Shown here: piece by piece, positions 59,027-64,000 of the stretch
Numbering within the stretch: position 1 is the stretch's first letter
How the letters are laid out: each line of letters opens with the position of its first letter
Virus record (IMG/VR): IMGVR_UViG_3300037010_002844
Location: 245,434 to 309,433 of that record
Direction: 5' to 3' (one strand)
Length of the DNA stretch: 64,000 nucleotides
Position numbers and translations under genes: made by a program
The notes under the pieces: model-generated
The model's input: only the letters and a program-made list of their open reading frames with translations
Told to the model about the DNA's origin: nothing
The model's database searches: none

Positions 59027-59068
59027 GAGTCTACTCTATCCAAATCGTGGTGGAGAGTTCACTGTCTC

Positions 59069-59296
59069 TCAACCGTACTTCTTCAGCTCTGCCAGAGCCC
59101 ACCGCTTCAGCTCGGGCTCGAAGCGCTCCACCCGCGAGCGCGTCTCAGGATCCAGGTCAGGGTCCTCCGCCAGTGCGAAGAAAATGCTCTCGAGGTGATC
59201 CACCGCGCCCTCACCGTCCTGCGAGCCACAGTCACTCGCGAGCCCTTCCCACGCCGCCGCGACCGCACACTTGAAGTCTCGTTCGGTGATTGCCAT
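59069..59296 (-). CDS. Early hypothetical protein
   Basis: Leaderless promoter motif. Confidence 0.65.
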   Translation of the reverse strand: MAITERDFKCAVAAAWEGLASDCGSQDGEGAVDHLESIFFALAEDPDLDPETRSRVERFEPELKRWALAELKKYG

Positions 59297-59328
59297 GAAT
59301 CTATCCTACCCTGTTCAGAGGCGAAGGT

Positions 59329-59535
59329 TCACTGCGCCCACCGAGCCGCGCCCAGCATCTCCTTGCTCGAGAGGATCTCTGCGTCGAGCATCAGCATATC
59401 GTGGCTCAGCCAACGCCGGGCCCGCTTGATCGCCTCACCTTCGGTGGCGGCCTTGATCTTGATGGCGCTGGGCTTCACTGCGACCGCACCGAGCTTGCGG
59501 AAGAGAACGCGGAAGATGCGAATGTCAGGCGGCAT
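59329..59535 (-). CDS. Hypothetical protein
   Basis: 68 aa, coupled to upstream ORF. Confidence 0.55.
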   Translation of the reverse strand: MPPDIRIFRVLFRKLGAVAVKPSAIKIKAATEGEAIKRARRWLSHDMLMLDAEILSSKEMLGAARWAQ

Positions 59536-59701
59536 CGAGCTGCTCCTTCATGGCGTCCCGGGCCTCGATACGCTTGGCGCGGCGGTTGATGGCGCGCTTG
59601 ATGCGGGCCGCGGGCTTGCTGAGTCCACCGCCACAGTCCTTGCTGGTGTAGCGGCCGGCTTCTTCCCAGTGCTTGTTGGCGATCTTCTTCCAGGTGGCCA
59701 T
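59525..59701 (-). CDS. Early basic 58-aa protein (not in ORF track)
   Basis: GTGCAA-N18-TAGAGT-N6-ATG; MATWKKIANKHWEEAGR... Confidence 0.65.
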   Translation of the reverse strand: MATWKKIANKHWEEAGRYTSKDCGGGLSKPAARIKRAINRRAKRIEARDAMKEQLDAA

Positions 59702-59719
59702 GTGTCTACTCTACCACGA

Positions 59720-60073
59720 TCAACCGGGAGTTTGCACCAGGCCCGCCTTGACTGCCGCGAGCTCCGCGAGCTGGGTTCGGGCATATGTGTGGGCCAGCTT
59801 CCGCGCCTGCTCCAGGTGGATGCCGGTGAGGTGGTTCCCGCGGGCCAGCCACTTGCCGTAGTAGGCAATGCGATGCCCATGACTGTGACGGACGCCCACT
59901 TGGTTGTTAACGTGAGTGCTCTCGGTCGCCTTCTCGGAAGTGGTCTGGCGCTCGTAGAGGACCTTGATGGCACGCTCCACCGCGGCAGGATTGGCGTCCA
60001 GGGACGCGCGGACCTTCGCGGTCATCTCAGAGCGAACCTTGCTAGAGAGCTTGATGCGAGCGGGGTGGGCCAT
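59720..60073 (-). CDS. Early hypothetical protein
   Basis: Leaderless promoter; LYERQT..E...T...N.VG motif. Confidence 0.72.
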   Translation of the reverse strand: MAHPARIKLSSKVRSEMTAKVRASLDANPAAVERAIKVLYERQTTSEKATESTHVNNQVGVRHSHGHRIAYYGKWLARGNHLTGIHLEQARKLAHTYARTQLAELAAVKAGLVQTPG

Positions 60074-60105
60074 GATTTGATTCTATCCCGATCGATGTTG
60101 AAGAT

Positions 60106-60399
60106 TCACGGAGTCGCGCGGATCGTGAGACCCTCCACGTTGGTGAGCCCGAGCTCCTTGGCCGACCAGGGCGTGAAGATGACGTCAACGGTGCACTTCC
60201 ACTTCGCGGTGGCCAAGAACTGGGTGATGGCTTTGGCGATCTCCGAGGTGTGGCGGCACTTCCCGAAGCGCTGAGCGCCCTCGCAGGTGCAGCGTCCACG
60301 GTTGTCCAGCCGGTAGACGCGATCGTCAAATGGGTTGTCCGAGAAGACGTATGCCATCGTGGTGTGGAGAGACTCTCGGTGGGCCTTGATCCGTGCCAT
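60106..60399 (-). CDS. SWIM-type Zn-finger early protein
   Basis: CTC.......CRH; leaderless promoter. Confidence 0.7.
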   Translation of the reverse strand: MARIKAHRESLHTTMAYVFSDNPFDDRVYRLDNRGRCTCEGAQRFGKCRHTSEIAKAITQFLATAKWKCTVDVIFTPWSAKELGLTNVEGLTIRATP

Positions 60400-60603
60400 G
60401 AGACAATCCTACCTCAGTTCACCAAGGATTTGCACCGTCACCCGTGAGGCCCTCTCAGGCCCGGTAGGTAGGAAACCCTGTCCTGACCGGGAAGGCACTC
60501 ACGGGGGTCACTGGTGGGTCCGGTCAGGGGTCCCGCTTGGGCAGTGATCGATCATTGCATCGAGTTCGTTGTTCTGGCTCGTGTTCTTCCCCTCTCTCTC
60601 CCC

Positions 60604-60969
60604 TCAGTCGACCGAGCACATCAGCGCTTCCTGGACCAGCGTCTGGTTGAGGCCCTGCTTGAAACCGTGGAACGTGCGCCAGGTGAAGCGCTTGGTGGGC
60701 TGCCCGTAACGCTTGAAGTTCCACCGCTCGTCCGCGATGATGGACTTGACGAGCTTCAGCACGTCCTTCGGGGACGAGGACTTTGCCTTCATGTGGAGGC
60801 GCTCCTCGAAACCCGTGGTGTCGCCGGATCCGTCCATGCCGCCAACCGGCGAGCTGGAAGAGACGATCACGTGAACCAGGCGGGTATCTGCGTCGAGCTG
60901 GACCTCCATGCGATCCGTGTACCGCGAGTCACCTGCGATGTTGGCGTAGATGTAACCGAGTTGGATCAT
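60604..60969 (-). CDS. Early hypothetical protein
   Basis: Leaderless promoter motif. Confidence 0.7.
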   Translation of the reverse strand: MIQLGYIYANIAGDSRYTDRMEVQLDADTRLVHVIVSSSSPVGGMDGSGDTTGFEERLHMKAKSSSPKDVLKLVKSIIADERWNFKRYGQPTKRFTWRTFHGFKQGLNQTLVQEALMCSVD

Positions 60970-61060
60970 GGGTCTAGTCTACCTCATCTTCTGGGAGAAA
61001 TACACAGCCCCGTGAGAGCTTCTAGCGCTCGCGGGCTTGCAACTCATTGCACTGCTTGGG

Positions 61061-61273
61061 TCAGTCGTCGTAGCGACTGAAGTACTTGCCGCAGCACGGG
61101 CAGCTGGCATTGTTCCCGAGGCCCGGGTGGGAGCACCACTCGCGAGTCTCAGCGAGCAGCGCTCGACTGAGCTTGAGCTCGGTCTCCAACGCTTTGATGT
61201 GCTCCAGGACGCTCTGAACCGCGGGCGCGACCTGGTCCTGCGTCATCGGGAACTCAATCTTCGGGATCGCCAT
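61061..61273 (-). CDS. Small coiled-coil/Zn-binding protein
   Basis: MAIPKIEF...WCSHP...CPCCGK. Confidence 0.6.
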   Translation of the reverse strand: MAIPKIEFPMTQDQVAPAVQSVLEHIKALETELKLSRALLAETREWCSHPGLGNNASCPCCGKYFSRYDD

Positions 61274-61379
61274 CACTTCTTCTCTTTGCGTTTGAAGGGC
61301 CCCTCGTGGAGGATCGCCTGCTTGATCTGCTCGCGGGTTTTGGCCATGTCTCTGTTGTACCTTGTTTCGTTGTTGAAGT

Positions 61380-61598
61380 TCACAGCTGCGCGGCACGCTG
61401 GAGGCAATCACGCCACTCTCGGCAGAAGTAGTCCCACTCCTCGTGGCTGGGATCACGGCCCAGCACGCCCGAGACAGTGCGGCGGACTGCGTGGTCGGGC
61501 TCGTGGCCCAGTTCAGCCCACTCCTCGGCCATGCCGCTGCCGATCGTGATGTCCCAGGCCGTGCTCTCGAGGATCCGACGGGTGCCTTGGTTGACCAT
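61380..61598 (-). CDS. Early hypothetical protein
   Basis: Leaderless promoter motif. Confidence 0.65.
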   Translation of the reverse strand: MVNQGTRRILESTAWDITIGSGMAEEWAELGHEPDHAVRRTVSGVLGRDPSHEEWDYFCREWRDCLQRAAQL

Positions 61599-61945
61599 GA
61601 GATTATCCTACCATGTTCAGATGTGAATTTGCACTCGCAACGGACATTGGACGGTGCCCACCAGCCACGCCACGTGATCCACGAGCGTCATCAGCACCAG
61701 CTCGAGGCGGGCCATGCGCTTCTAACTTGTCCGCGAGGCCTATTGTAGGCCCAAGTCACAGACGATTTGCACAATGACACACGTGAATACTCACGGGCCC
61801 AAGTGGGGTAACCCATTACCCTGACATGAAAGCACTCACGTGGGTCCCACGGGGGCTGTGACCGTGGCCCGAAACGGGGTCAAGGCCTGACCCAGTGAGG
61901 ATCGCGGCCTTGACTGTTGGAGTTTACCTTGTGAACTTCTGCGAA

Positions 61946-62593
61946 TCAGGCGTCCGTGCCCGTCGCCTCACGATCGGCCGCAGCCAGTGGCTCGACGTCC
62001 GAGGTGAAGCAGTACACCGGCTTGTTGACGCCCTCGATCTCGACGTAGCAGCGGATGCGCTGCGCCTTGGTGACCGTACCCGTCTTGCCGATGAAGCGCG
62101 GGTCGCCGCCAACGATGGTGACCGTATGACCGGCCTCGATCCTCGTGTCCAGTGCTCGCTCCGTCGCCTTGACGCGGTTGAAGTGCTGGATGTGCAGCGC
62201 CAGGCTCGCCAGGTCGGCGCGGCCCAGGTTCGCGGTCGCATCACCGAAGAGGATCTGCGCGGCACCCGCGAGCTGCGGAAGCTTCTCGCCTGCCTTGGTG
62301 ACCTTGCTCATGTGCGCCGGCTTGCGGGCTGCCAGCTTCTCGGCGCGGGCCTTCTCGCGGGCCGCTGTCTTCGCAGCCTTGCGCTCCGCGCGCTCCGCCT
62401 CGAGCTTCGTCTTGCGGGCCTCGCGCTCTTCGTCGGTGAGCTTCGGCTTCGCAGCTGCCCTCGCGGGCTTCTCCGCCTTCGTCTCCGCGGTCTTCGTCGC
62501 GGTCTCGCCCTTGGCCTTGGCCGCTGCGCGGGCCTTGGCCGCCGCAATCGCTGCATCGATCTTCGAGGTCTTCTCGTCCGACTTGTCACTCAT
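61946..62593 (-). CDS. Ala/Lys-rich protein with C-terminal KOW/SH3-like domain (possible nucleic-acid binder)
   Basis: Histone-like N-terminal half; G.TVTIVGG...GKTG.V; strong SD and promoter. Confidence 0.75.
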   Translation of the reverse strand: MSDKSDEKTSKIDAAIAAAKARAAAKAKGETATKTAETKAEKPARAAAKPKLTDEEREARKTKLEAERAERKAAKTAAREKARAEKLAARKPAHMSKVTKAGEKLPQLAGAAQILFGDATANLGRADLASLALHIQHFNRVKATERALDTRIEAGHTVTIVGGDPRFIGKTGTVTKAQRIRCYVEIEGVNKPVYCFTSDVEPLAAADREATGTDA

Positions 62594-62705
62594 GGTGTTC
62601 TCTCCGTGAATCCTTGGTTTTGGTGGGTGCCAGCTTGTAGGTTGAATCTATGTCACACCGCAGGTGCTTTACACCCACGAAGTTCGCAAAGATTCGTTGA
62701 TGATT

Positions 62706-62945
62706 TCAGGCATCGAGCTCGAACCAGGTCTCGACCAGCGCCTTCGCGTGGGGCTTGCGCTGCTTGACCGTGATGCTGCCGTCGTCGTTGACGCTCTCGA
62801 CGGTGGCCGGGACGTCCTTGCGGAAGGCGCTCGCCTCCCCATCCTTTTCCGCGACGAACCCGTAGAGGACGCCCTTGTGGCAGAGGGCGAGGGTACCCAT
62901 GGTCGAGTAGATGCGGCGCGGCGAGTCGGAGGTCTTCATGCTCAT
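62706..62945 (-). CDS. Early hypothetical protein
   Basis: 79 aa, promoter upstream. Confidence 0.6.
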   Translation of the reverse strand: MSMKTSDSPRRIYSTMGTLALCHKGVLYGFVAEKDGEASAFRKDVPATVESVNDDGSITVKQRKPHAKALVETWFELDA

Positions 62946-63024
62946 GGTGTGCTCTCTTCCGTGGTGGTAAGGTTGGAGGGGGCTTGATTAGCCTATCACG
63001 TGATCTGGGGAACTTGCACTGCGT

Positions 63025-63288
63025 TCAGTCATTGAAGATGTGAAGCCGGGTGCCCTGCTCGTCGGCCGACTTGTAGATCCAGGCAGCGATCTCGCCGTCG
63101 TTCACCTCGGTGTTCTCGTAGAGGAAGTCCTTGGTGCGCCCGGTGCGGTGGCTCTGAACCGTCAGCTTCATCGGGGCGCACCAGTCTGGGCTCATGCAGG
63201 CGATGCTGGAGGCCTCCGTGATGCCAACGTTATCCTTCCAGATGAAGATGAAGCCAGGGATGACCGGGATGTCGCAGGAAGTTTCCAT
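63025..63288 (-). CDS. Early hypothetical protein
   Basis: Leaderless promoter motif. Confidence 0.68.
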   Translation of the reverse strand: METSCDIPVIPGFIFIWKDNVGITEASSIACMSPDWCAPMKLTVQSHRTGRTKDFLYENTEVNDGEIAAWIYKSADEQGTRLHIFND

Positions 63289-63320
63289 GGTTCTAGTCTA
63301 CCACGATCCTCACTAAAGGT

Positions 63321-63506
63321 TCACATCTCGCGGGTGATGATCTCCTCATCGTCAACGTCTTTGTTCCAGACGTTGATCGACAGGCACCGCGCCTTCTAGG
63401 AGGCGAGCTCTGTTGCTTCCTCCTCCGTCGCAGCCTCGACCTCAACGCCCCGCGAGAGGCGTTGGATGACCTTAACGGTCTAGGTGCGGACCTTGGGCTT
63501 AGGCAT
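63321..63506 (-). pseudogene. DpnD/PcfM-like gene with two in-frame TAG codons
   Basis: MPKPKVRT*TVKVIQRLSRGVEVEAATEEEATELAS*KARC...; intact promoter. Confidence 0.6.
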
Positions 63507-63580
63507 GTCTAGATCCTAAACACGCCGGGACTTGAAGATTCACAGTGCAAACTTTCGTCCATGTGTGGTAGACTAGAACC

Positions 63581-63805
63581 ATGGAAACCATCCAGTGCCG
63601 GACCTGCGGCGGCGTCGCCCATCCCGCGACCGGGTGCGCCTACACCGCGACCTTCATCGTCTGCGGGCCGTGCACCCGCGAGTTCTGGGCCTGGCTGCGC
63701 TCGCGGGTCAACAGCCGCCCGAGTCGGCGCCACGGTGGCCCGAGCTTTTACGATCACGTCAACCGCGTCGCTCCCCCTGTGCAAATCCACCACGAAACGG
63801 AGTAA
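63581..63805 (+). CDS. Early Zn-finger protein
   Basis: GTGCAA-N18-TAGACT-N6-ATG; CxxC...CxxC. Confidence 0.7.
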   Translation: METIQCRTCGGVAHPATGCAYTATFIVCGPCTREFWAWLRSRVNSRPSRRHGGPSFYDHVNRVAPPVQIHHETE

Positions 63806-63814
63806 GATCTAATC

Positions 63815-64000
63815 ATGGCCAACACCACCAACGAAATCATCGGCTACCGCGTCGTCAACACCCGTGACCAGGTCTTCGTCGACCATAACCCTAGCTTCTC
63901 TGGGTCCGGCAACTTCCAGACCTCCCGTGAGCCGACGCCCATCTCGCGCGGCGATGCCTTCCGGCGCCTCGCGGCCTTCCTCGATGCCTTCCCCGAGGAA
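63815..64000 (+). CDS. Early hypothetical protein (runs off window)
   Basis: GTGCAA-N18-TAAGAT-N6-ATG; MANTTNEIIGYRVV. Confidence 0.6.
   Translation, partial: MANTTNEIIGYRVVNTRDQVFVDHNPSFSGSGNFQTSREPTPISRGDAFRRLAAFLDAFPEE

Noticed and set aside
59195-60274. Long plus-strand ORFs (also 27981-29039, 50367-51197, 61895-62767)
   Set aside because: Antisense shadows of GC-rich minus-strand genes that have their own promoters and motifs

Overview
This window looks like part of a high-GC jumbo/huge bacteriophage genome. It has no rRNA and no host-type housekeeping operons. Two plus-strand blocks encode large virion/tail proteins (205-5745, 22142-27446). Two minus-strand tRNA arrays (about 9.2-20.6 kb and 40.7-44.8 kb) hold roughly 55-60 tRNA or tRNA-derived genes grouped by amino acid and interleaved with decayed homing-endonuclease remnants. 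A translation-rescue/RNA-repair kit comprises two RNA ligases, a HAD phosphatase, Pth2, a release factor with a prfB-type +1 frameshift and a bL12 C-terminal domain. Other recognisable genes are NADAR, an ATP-dependent DNA ligase, a sigma70-family factor truncated in region 4.2, a kinase, an R-S-E ADP-ribosyltransferase, a GT4 glycosyltransferase and a pyruvyltransferase. The distal region (54.7-64 kb) consists of short genes, most with their own GTGHAH-N18-TANNNT-N6-ATG leaderless promoter. The most unusual signals are in non-coding RNA. (1) About 12 copies of a 'clamp' element (outer stem + AGUA-ACC...GGU-GAA, a sarcin-ricin/loop-E-type motif); in about 7 copies it replaces the acceptor stem of a tRNA body. 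(2) Three tandem tRNA-Arg genes whose D-loop has moved to the 3' side of the anticodon arm, with covarying pairs. (3) A separately promoted RNA of two pseudoknots plus a CCA-ending tRNA-like domain without an anticodon arm. (4) A ~310-nt RNA closed by a 20-bp stem. (5) An ~85-nt RNase P 3'-domain fragment. All calls were made by eye, with no database searches; tRNA boundaries may be off by a few nt.
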